Source: Azolla caroliniana
Taxonomy: Eukaryota > Plantae > Polypodiophyta
Assembly: GCA_043228905.1 (NCBI GenBank)
Contig: JBHGNT010000001.1
Coordinates: forward strand, 18,662,001-18,726,000
DNA length: 64,000 nt
Direction: 5' to 3'
This document shows, one piece after another, positions 51,137 to 63,280 of this stretch. Position 1 is the stretch's first letter. Each line of letters begins with the position of its first letter. The notes under the pieces are model-generated. The model made no database searches, was not told the DNA's origin, and saw nothing but the letters and a program-made list of their open reading frames with translations. The position numbers were made by a program, and so were the translations under genes.

Positions 51137-54100
51137 AAGCTATCGAGTCCGTGAGCAAACAGGAATATATGCATGTTCTTTATAAGCTTGACATGCTCAC
51201 GAATAAATTTGTGACATTAGAGCATGAAAATCAAAGGCTACGTGGGGACTTACAACAAGTGAGTACTGAAAAAGCTCAACAATATGAAGAGTTATCACAA
51301 CAGGCTCACCAACTTGAGGCTACTATATTGTCATTACGAGAACAAGCGTCTAGGGCTCTGAATGTCCCTAGAGAACCAAAGATTAGCCTCCCTGCCAAGT
51401 TTGATGGTACAAGGTCTTTATTTTGAGGCTTTTTGAATCATGTCTGTTTGGTTATTCAATTACATCCCAATCAGTACCCAATTGATACTGCTTGTGTATG
51501 ATTAGTGGGAACCTTGCTATGTGGTATGACACTAGCATAGTTTTGCACCACTTCTTAAGAAGAAATCACTGTTTTTAGAGGATTTTGAGGCATTTTTAAG
51601 GAGTTTCAAGCTGGTTTCAGTGACATTAACAACACTAGGATAGCGATAAACAAGATTCGAAGGCTCCGACAAGGAGATCGTCCCGTGTCAGCTTACACAA
51701 CTGATTTCTATCTCTTGGCATATGATATCCCTTGGGATGAGGTGGCCTTAATGGATCAATTCCGTCAAGGTTTGCGTAATGATGTCAAAGATCTTCTTCT
51801 TACTTTCCATGAAGATCTGAAGTCTGTTACAAAGGCCATTAGTCGAGCTATATGATGTGATAATTGCCTATTTGAGCGACGTTTTGAGCACCAACAAATG
51901 TTATGTTGCCAACTAGAACAAATGTATGCTTCTGTCGTCGCAACGCCTCCACAATTTTCTAGATCCATTGCAAGGGATGGCCCAACTCTAATGGAAATAG
52001 AGTCAACACAACGTCGAGGGTCTTTATCAGATGTTGAGAAGCAATGACGTCGAGCACACCGCAAATGCTTATATTGTGGTGCTCTAGGACATATAGTTGT
52101 GAATTGTCCACATAAAGCTAAACGTCAAGATACCAAGTATGTGCACTAAAAACCCTACTTCGAGTTCCATTATTACTTCTAATAACATAAGTAAGCCTAG
52201 TAGTCCATGCCATGAGAATAGATTCGATGTCTTGAGCCAAATAGAGGATGTGTTAAACGAGTAAGTCCAGCCAAAATAGGAGTCATTTGGTTAGACCATC
52301 CTAGATATGTAGAGTTAGTTCTTAGTCGTGGTTCCATTTCATCAAATCAAGTTAGTAAAGTTTTTCCGCACAAGTTGAGCTTACCACATCTACATCTCAT
52401 CGAGTCCTAGCCTTTGCCCTCCTAGATTTTGGAGCCAACTCTTGTTTCATGGATCGTGAGTTTGCATTGTCACAAAACATCCTCTTGAATAAGCTCCCGA
52501 ACCTAGTAGTCGTAAGAGTCATTGATGGTCGTCCCATAACATCAGGTGATAAGTTGAGGAGTCTGAGTCCATCTGTGTAGTTCTTGGTGATTTGGAAAGC
52601 ATAATCTCTTTTCAACATTCATGGTCCAGAACACCCAATAGTTCTAGGTCACCCTTGGTTTGAACTCCATAACCTGAAGATTGATGGATGAAAAGAACAA
52701 TTGAGATGACCCGGGAAAAAAGAACAAAGCTCGCATCCCTCAAATCCCCGACATCTGATATTGGATCCCATAAGTTATCGACCATCACTCTACGTCAGTT
52801 ACCTGAGGAAGGAGGGAACTAGGACATGTTCATATTCGCAATAGTAGCAACTCCATCATGCACCTTACATGAAGCGGACATTAAACTACTAGAGAAATAC
52901 AAAGAGTTCTTAGATGTCTTCGATAAGGTGAAGGCCAATGCATTGTCGGAGCATCGACCATACGATTGCCCCATTGACTTACAACCAGGGAATGAACCTC
53001 CATGGGGGTCGATTTATAATATCTCACATATAGAGCTAGAGACTTTGCGGGAATATATCAACAAGAATCTGGCAAACAGGTTCATTCGGCATTCTAGATC
53101 CCCTGCTGGTGCACCTATCTTATTCGTTAAGAAAAAGAATGGGTCTCTTCGGTTGGTCGTGGATTATCGAGGGTTAAACAAAGTGACTATCCAGAATAGA
53201 TTTGTTCTATTGTTAATATCGAATCTTTTGGAACGTCTCAGTGGAGCAAAATAGTTCACGAAGTTAGACCTTCGCGGTGCATATAATCTAGTTCAAATTC
53301 ATCCAAGGGATGCATGGAAGACTGTTTTTCACACTCACTATGGACATTTCAAGTTTACAATGATGTCATTCGGTCTCAAGAATGCACCTGCAGTTTTCCA
53401 GCATATGGTGAATGATATTTTTCAAGATTTTCTCGATATCTTCACTATAGTTTACCTAGATGACATTTTGATCTATTCGCGCGACGTGCAATGTTTTCTC
53501 AGGCTTGCAAATTTTTATCGGAAATTTATTAAAAATTATTCGAAGGTCATGCTTCCACTCACTCAACTCACACACAAATTTCAACCATTCATATGGAGTT
53601 CAGATGCAATCGAGGGAGGCATTTGAAAGTTTAAAATGAGCGTTTACAATAGCACCTATTTTAGCACATGTCAACCCAACAAAACACTTCATCCTTGAAG
53701 CTGATGCATCTAACTTTGCATTAGGGAGTGTCCTATCACAGACTAGAGGCAATGGAGAGCTACATCCTATCGCCTTTCATTCCCGAAAGTTTGAAGCTGT
53801 AGAGATCAATTGCGAGATCCATGACAAAGAACTTCTTGCAATTATGGATTCTTTTCAACAATGGCGACATTTTCTAAACGATTCTTCGCAGCAGATCGTT
53901 GTCTATAACGATCATAAGAACCTAACATATTTCTAAAATGCTCAAGTCTTGAGTCGGCAACAAGCCCGGTGGGCGCAATCACTTTGACTTTGTAATCATA
54001 TATCTCCCTGGGATGCAGCAAGGCAAAGCAGATGCTCTTTCTCGATACTTCATCCAAGGGAAGCTGCATTTTAGCATAAAAAACAAATCCTTTTGGGTCC

Positions 54101-54850
54101 TAATCGCCTACAATTAATGGCAGCTAATGCTATAACAACACTTGAAGATTCCACTCTTATTGATTCCATTCAAGATCATATGACCATTGATGATCTCGCC
54201 AACGATGTTTTGGATCATATTTTCCCGGATCGTGCTTCTTGCCGTAGTCGAAAACCCTCATCATGACTATCGTCAATTCTATTGGCATGGTGAGTTTTTG
54301 TTGGGACAAAACCTATTGTATGTTCTTGATGGCCCCCCACGACTACAAGTTTTACAACATTGTCATGACACACCAATGGCTGGACATTTTGGAGTTCACA
54401 AAACTCTAGAATTAGTTTCTCGACAATATTGGTGGCCTCGCCTTCGTCATTTTGTTGAGGAGTATGTTCACATCTGTGATACATGTTGTCAATCAAAGAG
54501 TCCTCAAAACCGATCCTGTGGTTTACTACAACCACTTCCCATTCTTGAAAATCCTTGGATGTCTATATCCTTGGATTTCATTACCGATCTCCTAGTTTCG
54601 AAAGGTTTTGATGCAATTTTCATGGTGGTCGATCGACTTACCGAAATGGCACATTTTCAGCCATGTATGAAGTCTATTACTAGTCAAGAAGTGGTCGATC
54701 TAGTTATACGGGAGGTATTCAGGCATCATGGTCTTCCGGATCATATTATTAGTGATCGTGGTCCACAATTCATCTCAAAGTTTTGGAACCACATGTTCAA
54801 ACTTCTCCAAATTTCGGCTAAGCCTTCTTCGGGCTATCATCTTGAGATTA
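50709..54850 (+). mobile_element. 3'-truncated degenerate Tcn1-like Ty3/gypsy with partial 5' LTR (about 50709-51135)
   Basis: gag from 51151 (EPKISLPAKFDG), [48 protein letters not shown]; LTR shares ggatttgaaccc and ggttcaacgcca with 40324-40747. Confidence 0.88.
50844..50970. promoter_or_regulatory. Array of heat-shock-element-like nTTCnnGAAn repeats upstream of the LTR TATA box
   Basis: TTCtaGAAccTTCtaGAA at 50951-50968, GAAccTTCtaGAA at 50908-50920, further units at 50844-50892; tataaata at about 50987. Confidence 0.65.
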
Positions 54851-55357
54851 TATAACACAGACTCAAATTACTATACTTAATCACTGTTGTCATAAAAAAA
54901 CCTAAGCACAATCAATTGTTAGCTATGCATATTTTGAGTAAGAGGAATTCAAGACACGAAATAATAGTTTAAAGCACAGAATATACTCTAACTAACAAAA
55001 ATTATATGAAGAATTTATAACAGTACAGATCTATGTTGTTACAATGCTCTCAGCCCCTTTTTATAGGTGACCCGAGAGAATTTACCAAGAAAATACAATT
55101 GTCGTCTACTGTCCTAATTTTTCTACTTGGTGATAATAATTTTTGACTATCCCCTTTCACACTCATTGATTATGACTACGACTATGATTACTATTTCGAT
55201 TGTCGTTATACTAGTTTGTCGATCTATATACTTTGACTAGGTTGGTCGATCTGACCGGCCAACACATGGCACGCTCGTGGGACAATGCCTTGCATTGTCG
55301 ATCCCACAAAAATTGGTGTCTAGTAGTCACTGTCCTCGTTCTCATTCTCCTCTTCTT

Positions 55358-58300
55358 CCTTTGTATAGATCAAGTTTGGGCCATTTGTGTAATTAACATA
55401 AATGGTAGTTGCCCTAAGTCGGTCACTATATATAGTGACCTTGTAACCTTTTTGTAAGGTTGGGTTGTATTATTGTTTCTATTGAATAGAAAGACTCTTT
55501 TGTGCCTCCTCTCTCTCTCTCTCTCTCTCTCTATCTCTGTGCACGATCTCAGAAACTGTCATACGCAGGTACTCAACACCAATCGAATGCTACTTGATCT
55601 TCCGCATTGACGGCCTTGTCTACAACATCTGGTATCAGAGCCTGCACAGTATTCGGTCCTTCAACCCGCTGTCGGCCGTCGTCTCAGCCTGCACAGCATT
55701 CGGTTTCTTGCGTCATTCGAAGAAGAGAGAAGAAGAAGAAAAACGAGGCTTGCATCTCATCGCGTTAGATCATCTTCGCTTGGAGTAAGCCAGCCGGTTG
55801 TACTCTGTTCCTTGTGATCGTAACCGCTTGAGGTGAAATCCCCTTGTGCAACATTGACACGATCGTGCTCCACTCGGTTAAACGGCATCCGAAGAGGTCA
55901 TCAAACGCTGCTCGCCGCTCATTGTAACCACTCGGTGCAGATCGGTCTCAAGACAACAACCCCAATTCGTGCTTCATCCGGTTGATCGACATTCGGGAGG
56001 ATCAGTTGGATCCGTCTCTCTCGTCGCTGCAGTCACCCGAAGCAGAATCGGTCCAGACAATCGGTTTCAATAATCGGTATTTGGCATATATATTCGGAAG
56101 CAAACCGGGCTCACTCCGACTCGGCAACATTCGGGAAGACCAGTCGGTTCTGTCCCTCAAGTTACCGGAGTCAATTCGAGCAAGTTCAACAATACATATA
56201 TCCGAAGCCGAACCGACTCGGGTTCAAATCCGACTAGAACGATATCGGGTGAGCCAACCGGCTGCACTCCAACAAGGTTCGTAGTCAACTCCGAACCGAG
56301 CTTCGTCAACCGAAACCAAATTTGATGGCATCAACATCCGGCTCGTCAGAAATGAGTCTACGAAAGTTCGATGGATCGAACTTCAACTTCTGGAAGGAGC
56401 AAATGCAGGACTATCTCATAGTCAAGGGGCAAATCGATCCCATCGAAAATGAAGAACCTCCAGAAGGATACAAACCAATTGAGTGGCAGAAGCTGGACAG
56501 AATCGTCCGCGCCACGATTCGGATGCACCTATCGGAATCGGTATACTTTACGGTGCAATCGTGTACGACAGCATTCGAACTGTGGAAAACACTGTCGGAC
56601 ACCTACGAAAAGAAGGTCGCTGCAACAAAGATGTTTCTGATCCGGCGCCTCTACAACTTGCGGATGAAAGAATCAGATTCGGTTCAAGCACATCTCAATG
56701 AGTACGAAAGCATAAGCTCCCAAATCTCATCTCAGGGGACGGCAATCGAGGATGAACTGAGAGCAATGATACTCATGAGCAGCCTTCCCTCATCATGGGA
56801 AACTTTCGTCACAACCGTGTGCAACGCGTCAACCACGGCTGTTAAATACTCCGAAGTCACGAGCGCAATCCTGACCGAAGCAGCTCGGAGAAAGTCTTTC
56901 GCCAAAGACTCAACAGACGACGCTTATGTAGTACAAGGTTCGACAGAACGATCGAACATACGAGGAAGAGATTCCTCACGGCAACCGAACAATCAGCGAA
57001 GACGGAGCCAGTCACGGGATAATCGAATCTGCAACTATTGCAAGAAACCCGGACACATCAAAGCCGACTGCCGCGCACTCAAGAACAAGAACGACAAGTC
57101 TCAGAAATCAGACAAGAAGAGTGGCCGGCATGAGGAGATCAACTACGTCAGCTTCTCAGCTGATGTGCTACCAAACGACCCGAATATACTATCAATCGAA
57201 AATCCAGTCGGATCAGAAGTTCTGCTCACGACTGAAGAATCGAGCACATGGCTCTTAGATTCGGGCGCGTCATTTCACGTGACTCCTCATCAATCCCAAT
57301 TTCGGCAATATACGATCCGTCACTCCGACTCAGTTCGAGTCGGCAACTCGCAACACTGTGACATCATTGGAATCGGCACAGTAGAGCTCAACCTTGCAGG
57401 TGGCTCTACACTTGTACTTCACAATGTCCGACATGTACCCGAGCTCTCAAGGCCATTGATCTCAGTCGGACAACTAGACGAAGACGGCATTCGTGCCGGT
57501 TTTTCTTTGGGAGGGTGGACACTCCACAGGGGGAACCTCCTGCTTGCTAGAGGACCCAAGATACACTCACTGTATCCGTTACATGTTACGCTCAGAGAGG
57601 GTAACCTGTTTTTGGTGGATATTCCTGTGTCATCACTATGGCACAGAAGATTAGGACACCTCAGCAAGGCCGGCATTACGCACCTATCTAGAGCCGGATA
57701 CATCCCTAAACTCTCCTTCTCGGACCATCAATTCTGCGAACATTGCCAGTATGGCAAACAAGCAGCCGCATCACACCCGACATCAGCACCAAGAGAAACG
57801 AGACCTCTCGATTTAGTCCACTCGGACGTCTGTGGCCCAATGCCGCATCAGTCTCTCGGCGGTGCCTCTTACTTCGTCAGTTTTATTGACGATTCGACTC
57901 GAAAGGTGTGGGCTTATCCAATTCGCACCAAAGATCGTGTCTTCTCGATCTTCTCCGATTGGCTCGCTATGGTAGAAAATCAAACTGACCGAAAACTGAA
58001 ATGCTTTCGGACCGACAATGGGGGAGAGTTCAAATCAGAAGAATTCGTCAAATTCTGCCGACAACGCGGCATCCGACGTGAATTTACGGCACCACACAGT
58101 CCGGAGCAAAACGGGATTGCAGAACGCATGAATCGGACAATCCAAGAACGGATAGTTTCCATGCTCCAACACTCCGGACTGTCGGATGGCTTCTGGGCAG
58201 AGGCTCTACTCACAGCAATACACATAATCAATATGTCGCCAAGCAGACCTCTAGGACTTCAAATTCCTCAGGAACTATGGATCGGCAGTAAGCCGAATTA

Positions 58301-60858
58301 CGACAAGCTGAGGATCTTCGGATGCGAGGCGTACGCCCTTATTCCGAAAGATGATCGCCGAAAACTTGCACCTCGGTCCAGGAAATGCATTTTCCTTGGA
58401 TATGGATCAGACGGCGAAATGGGATACCGACTCTGGGACCCCGAACGCAGACAAATCGTTCGAAGTTCGGACGTTGTGTTCAACGAGTCGGCTATGAATC
58501 CATCAGTCAAAACACCGATCGAAGTCCGAAGGGTAACATTTTCCGATGTGCCGACCCTTCAAGAAGGCCCCGCTCTTAACACACGGTCAGCTTCACGGGT
58601 AGCTGAACCTTACACCACCGACTCGGACAACTCTGACTCGGCACAGCAGAATAATTCGCTTTCGGACCATCCGACCTCGATACCCGATGCGACCAGTCCA
58701 ATCATACCTCGACGATCCGAGAGACTGTCGCAACCTCCGGAGAGGTATTCTCCTGGAATTTTCTTCACCGACGCCGGCGAACCGATGTCTTATGAAGAAG
58801 CATCGACATCTGTCGATTCAGCCACCTGGCATCTGGCGATGGAGTCGGAAATGCACTCCATTCGGGCAAACAAGACTTGGGATCTGGTCGAATTACCTAA
58901 GAATCGACGTGCTCTTCCTTGCAAGTGGGTTTATCGACTAAAAGAGACGTCTGATTCGACCACCCCAAAGTACAAGGCCAGATTAGTTGCGAAGGGCTTC
59001 CGACAAGAATATGGCGTCGACTTCGACGAGATTTTTTCACCAGTGGTGAAAATGACAACCCTTCGTTTTCTACTCGGCGTAGTGGCAGCCGACAACTTGG
59101 AGCTGATTCAGCTAGATGTCAAAACAGCCTTCCTCCATGGTGATCTTGAAGAGGAAATTTATATGGAGCAGCCAAAAGGCTTCGTGGCAACTGGCCAAGA
59201 ACATCTAGTTTGCCGACTCAGGAAGAGTCTATACGGCCTCAAACAGGCACCGCGACAATGGTACAAGAAGTTCGACGACTTCATCCAATCGATCGGCTTC
59301 TCCAAAAGCGATGAGGACCATTGTCTTTTTACCAACACAGCTCAAGATGGATCACCCATCTTCCTCATCATTTACGTGGACGACATGCTAATTTCTGGAC
59401 GCCACGCGGGCGAACTTGCCGATCTCATTCGGCAACTGCGGTTGAAGTTTACCATGAAGGACCTCGGTCCGGCACGACACATACTTGGCATGAAGATTAG
59501 TCGGCATCGCGATAAACGACATCTTTTTTTGTCTCAGACCGACTATATCGGACGTGTCTTGGAACGCTTCAACATGCAATCAGCCAAATCTGCTTCAACC
59601 CCGCTCCCCATGAATCTTCGGCTCTCTCAGCGAGACTGCCCGACATCCGGTCCGGAGGGGGAAGATATGAAGTCGGTACCGTATGCACCGGCAGTCGGCT
59701 CCCTTATGTACCTGATGGTCGCGACACAGCCTGATATCTCTCATGCCGTAGGAGTCGTTAGCAGATTTATGCACAATCCTGGCCGATCGCATTGGAACGC
59801 AGTCAAGCATGTGTTCAAATATCTGGCTGGCACAAAAGATCACGGCATTCTTTTCGGTCCGAACTCAACCTCAGGCGTAGTCGGTTACACCGACTCGGAC
59901 TTCGCCGGCTGTATAGACAGTCGGAAATCAACAACCGGATACTGCTTCAAATTCGGCAATGGAGCAATTTCGTGGAAGTCGAAACTTCAGGAGTGCACAG
60001 CGACCTCAACGACCGAAGCAGAATATGTAGCTGCGTCCGACACAGCAAAAGAAGCTTTGTGGCTCGGCCGGCTGGCGCACACGTTTCGGCAAGTCGACCC
60101 TGACTCGACTCTAGTTGTCTATAGCGACAGTCAAGGTGCTGTTGCCTTGTCGAGAAATCCGGTTCACCACAACGCCTCCAAACATATCGACGTTCGATAT
60201 CACTTCGTTCGGGACTGCGTCATTTCAGGGAAAATCGGTCTAGAGAAAATATCCACAACCGACAATGTCGCAGATGGAATGACCAAGTGTCTTTCGGCAG
60301 ACCGCTTTCGGTCCCTTCGGCATCAGATGGGCGTAACGACAAACCAGTCCGGTTAGAGCCGGACACAGCGCAGGATGGTTTCAGACAACCGACATCAGTT
60401 CCCTAATGATCGGCTTCAACTCTTCCGACCCGACCAGTCCGGTCTTCTGCCTTCGGACCCTGCCGACTCGAACAAAACTGATATGTCCGAGAACCTATGT
60501 TTATACCTGTAATCTTAGATAACCCATGTATACGCCCATTACGGGGGAGTGTCGAATACAAGTGTATAATGGACGTATTCACACTATCCCTTTGTATAGA
60601 TCAAGTTTGGGCCATTTGTGTAATTAGCATAAATGGTAGTTGCCCTAAGTCGGTCACTATATATAGTGACCTTGTAACCTTTTTGTAAGGTTGGGTTGTA
60701 TTATTGTTTCTATTGAATAGAAAGACTCTTTTGTGCCTCCTCTCTCTCTCTCTCTCTCTCTCTATCTCTGTGCACGATCTCAGAAACTGTCATACGCAGG
60801 TACTCAACACCAATCGAATGCTACTTGATCTTCCGCATTGACGGCCTTGTCTACAACA
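55358..60858 (+). mobile_element. Intact, very young Ty1/copia (Tnt1/Tork-like); 5' LTR 55358-55627 (first 39 bp missing), 3' LTR 60550-60858
   Basis: LTRs differ by one substitution by eye over about 270 bp; Met PBS tggtatcagagc 55630-55641; PPT gggggag up to 60549; no TSD because the left end is deleted. Confidence 0.97.
56325..60356 (+). CDS. Copia Gag-Pol polyprotein (1343 aa from the ATG)
   Basis: Uninterrupted ORF: CNYCKKPGHIKADC knuckle, LDSGAS protease, HSDVCGP/RTDNGGEF/AERMNR integrase, YVDDML RT, DSDFAG/TEAEY/SDSQ/ADGMTK RNase H. Confidence 0.97.
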   Translation: MASTSGSSEMSLRKFDGSNFNFWKEQMQDYLIVKGQIDPIENEEPPEGYKPIEWQKLDRIVRATIRMHLSESVYFTVQSCTTAFELWKTLSDTYEKKVAATKMFLIRRLYNLRMKESDSVQAHLNEYESISSQISSQGTAIEDELRAMILMSSLPSSWETFVTTVCNASTTAVKYSEVTSAILTEAARRKSFAKDSTDDAYVVQGSTERSNIRGRDSSRQPNNQRRRSQSRDNRICNYCKKPGHIKADCRALKNKNDKSQKSDKKSGRHEEINYVSFSADVLPNDPNILSIENPVGSEVLLTTEESSTWLLDSGASFHVTPHQSQFRQYTIRHSDSVRVGNSQHCDIIGIGTVELNLAGGSTLVLHNVRHVPELSRPLISVGQLDEDGIRAGFSLGGWTLHRGNLLLARGPKIHSLYPLHVTLREGNLFLVDIPVSSLWHRRLGHLSKAGITHLSRAGYIPKLSFSDHQFCEHCQYGKQAAASHPTSAPRETRPLDLVHSDVCGPMPHQSLGGASYFVSFIDDSTRKVWAYPIRTKDRVFSIFSDWLAMVENQTDRKLKCFRTDNGGEFKSEEFVKFCRQRGIRREFTAPHSPEQNGIAERMNRTIQERIVSMLQHSGLSDGFWAEALLTAIHIINMSPSRPLGLQIPQELWIGSKPNYDKLRIFGCEAYALIPKDDRRKLAPRSRKCIFLGYGSDGEMGYRLWDPERRQIVRSSDVVFNESAMNPSVKTPIEVRRVTFSDVPTLQEGPALNTRSASRVAEPYTTDSDNSDSAQQNNSLSDHPTSIPDATSPIIPRRSERLSQPPERYSPGIFFTDAGEPMSYEEASTSVDSATWHLAMESEMHSIRANKTWDLVELPKNRRALPCKWVYRLKETSDSTTPKYKARLVAKGFRQEYGVDFDEIFSPVVKMTTLRFLLGVVAADNLELIQLDVKTAFLHGDLEEEIYMEQPKGFVATGQEHLVCRLRKSLYGLKQAPRQWYKKFDDFIQSIGFSKSDEDHCLFTNTAQDGSPIFLIIYVDDMLISGRHAGELADLIRQLRLKFTMKDLGPARHILGMKISRHRDKRHLFLSQTDYIGRVLERFNMQSAKSASTPLPMNLRLSQRDCPTSGPEGEDMKSVPYAPAVGSLMYLMVATQPDISHAVGVVSRFMHNPGRSHWNAVKHVFKYLAGTKDHGILFGPNSTSGVVGYTDSDFAGCIDSRKSTTGYCFKFGNGAISWKSKLQECTATSTTEAEYVAASDTAKEALWLGRLAHTFRQVDPDSTLVVYSDSQGAVALSRNPVHHNASKHIDVRYHFVRDCVISGKIGLEKISTTDNVADGMTKCLSADRFRSLRHQMGVTTNQSG

Positions 60859-61409
60859 TTCTATTCCTTAGTCTTCTGCCTCAGTTTCGTTCTGCTCACC
60901 TTCCCTCGCAAGCGTGTCTTTTCATATGACTCAAGTTCAAGGGCGACTTGTAATTGATGATCGGCATATTCCTCCAGCAATTTGGTAATTTCAACTATAT
61001 GTTGGGCTGTCAGTTCGTAGAAATCTCCCAAGAATTCTTCTCAAACGATCGTCATGGTAGCTTCATCCATCTTGTAAAAACCTTGGCTTCTTTTTTTTCC
61101 TATTCTCTTAATTGGCTAGCAACAATTGTAGTTTGGTTGGTTGCTTGAGTCGACCAAGTTTTCCATCCATTTTTGAGAGACTCGGTGATTTTCTGATGCA
61201 TCTTTGTCTTGTGTCTGCCCAATATCGCTCGGACCTTTTGTTCCCCCATGCTGAGCCGATATTCTAGAGCACGAATTTCATTCTTTAGCTCGCCTTGTCG
61301 AGCTACTGCGGAGTCTTGCTCAAATTGCAAATTTGCTTCCACCATGAATGAGGTTCTCACCTGTTCATATTTGTTTGTAGGTTGCTTAAATTGCTGGCCC
61401 AACTACTCT

Positions 61410-63280
61410 TGATCATCGTTGAAATTGCATCATAGTATCCCATGCACAAATGTTCCACAACGCTCACCATTCGATCGCCCAGGGTATGAGTTATATTTGT
61501 TTAACCCTACTTGAATAATGGAATGGAAATAAGTCAATATCATCAAAATTTCTATATCGTAAGTGCATTTGAAATCATATATTAATATATAGCAACTTGA
61601 AGCTTACCAATGCATGTGTTCAATTGCATGACATCTCGACTTTAACGCACTAGTGACAAATAAAGACTGACACATACTATGGAATACAATTTTACACAAG
61701 GGAGCCAAGGTCAGCTCTGCAAAGGCCTTCACCATCTTTTCTATTTGTGGATACTTATACGACACATCGTCATATGTGGATCTGGTTATTCGAAATCCAT
61801 ATGGTATATCTGTGACGAGCAATGTATAATGCTTGTAGGGTAATATGTCAAGTATATACCCACATCCCCATTATATACTCTTGTGTAAAAAACTCTTCAC
61901 TGTATCAGAGTCTTCGGGAACCTCCAACTCCTTCCTTTTGTCATTCGCTTTTCATATTTTGCTTATTTCAAATGGGTGTTGAATGCGCTTGGTATGCCTT
62001 CACTACTATCACCCGAGCGAGGTGGTTTCTGCAATTATAAGTTTTGTAAGAAGATATCGATTATCCTAAAATCAATTAATATTGTTAAAACACACATACC
62101 CATTCTCTAAATACAATAAAGAATTCTTCAAGAACATTGTATGGTGATGTTTTTGGGCACGATTGCTCCACTTCTTCCCATGTTGGTAGGGACATTTTTT
62201 CATCATCAGCTCTTGTATCTTCATGTAAACCTTATGGTTAAAAAACATTACACATAAAGGTCAAAATCAAGGGTAAATTAACAAAGCAATCCAAACACAA
62301 ACAATAATACAAAAAAACTACTCACTTTTGAAATTCTGTAACCATTTTGTCTAAGCTTCCTTAGCAACCACTTGTGAAAGTATAGATATTAATACGCTAT
62401 CATCTTTTATTCCTTGTAATGACCACCAAGAAAACAACTTCACATCCTCGGTTAATTCTTCTATCACTAAGTCACTTTCACATAACTTAGACTTCATGTC
62501 CATTGGAGGGTCCAACTTAGCCTTCTTTGAACATTGATCCTTGATCTCTTTCCGCTCCCACATACTAAAAATCTTATAAAGGTTCCAAACCTCCCCAATT
62601 CTGAAAGCGAGCTGAAACCATGAGTCATACTTTCTTAGGCCTTTAGATTTCATGCTTTTGTCAACTGCTATCCCCACTTCTAGGAGACATCGTCATCGCA
62701 ATCCAGGATGCAGCCTACGACCATATCTCTACAAAGCATTAAGGTAATCGTGATGAAAGAACTTGATGTGTTCTATACATGACATCTTTTGGCTATAGTC
62801 ATCTTTTCGTTGCAAAATAGCCCTCATCAACTCAGACCCTTCGCATTCCCCCCGAGCTCTCAACATCAAGCAACAAGTTAGGTGAATCATTATCTTCGTA
62901 TTCAATATTTTTTATCTGGCCGTAAGTGAAGGTCTGCCCCACTTGTAGCTTGCCTTGACCTTCAGACTTTGCAAATACAAAGGGCAAGTCTCCCTCTTCC
63001 TTAGCATAAATTAGTGAATTGATGTAGTTCTTTAGACGAGGCTCAACGAGCTTATTAGCCAATGTCTTCATTGTGTTGCCTACTAATGACTTAGATGTCC
63101 AGTCGCCTCCTGACTCAATCAACTTCCTTCTTGAAGCCTCTTTCACGATGTTTGTCAGAAAGTCATCTTCTCATTGTCATTATTGCGTTGAAGATTTCCA
63201 AGAGCTTAAGGGCACTAGCTATCTCGCCCTCTCAGTTTTTGTCTTCTTGAACACCTCGAGTCAACACCGGCACCATGAAG
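61410..63280 (-). pseudogene. Multi-exon pseudogene with a C-terminal beta-class amino (N6-A/N4-C) DNA methyltransferase-like domain
   Basis: RVYNGDVG/ILDILPYKHYTLLVTDIPYGF (DIPYG at 61796-61810), HMHW|VKxNITHTLGDRMVSVVEHLCMGYY; GT-AG introns 61507-61607 and 62029-62099, donor at 62325; SAM-binding motif I not found. Confidence 0.65.

Larger units (their letters stand above)
54860..61402 (-). other. Second copy of the unclassified coiled-coil ORF relic and TATA region, split by the intact copia
   Basis: ORF 61100-61402 is coiled-coil-like; continues through 60859-61090 and 55240-55357; cctataaaaagggg on - at about 55053-55068. Confidence 0.6.

Noticed and set aside
55353-55357. TSD for the intact copia
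   Set aside because: The right flank ttcta has no adjacent match on the left, where the LTR end is deleted.
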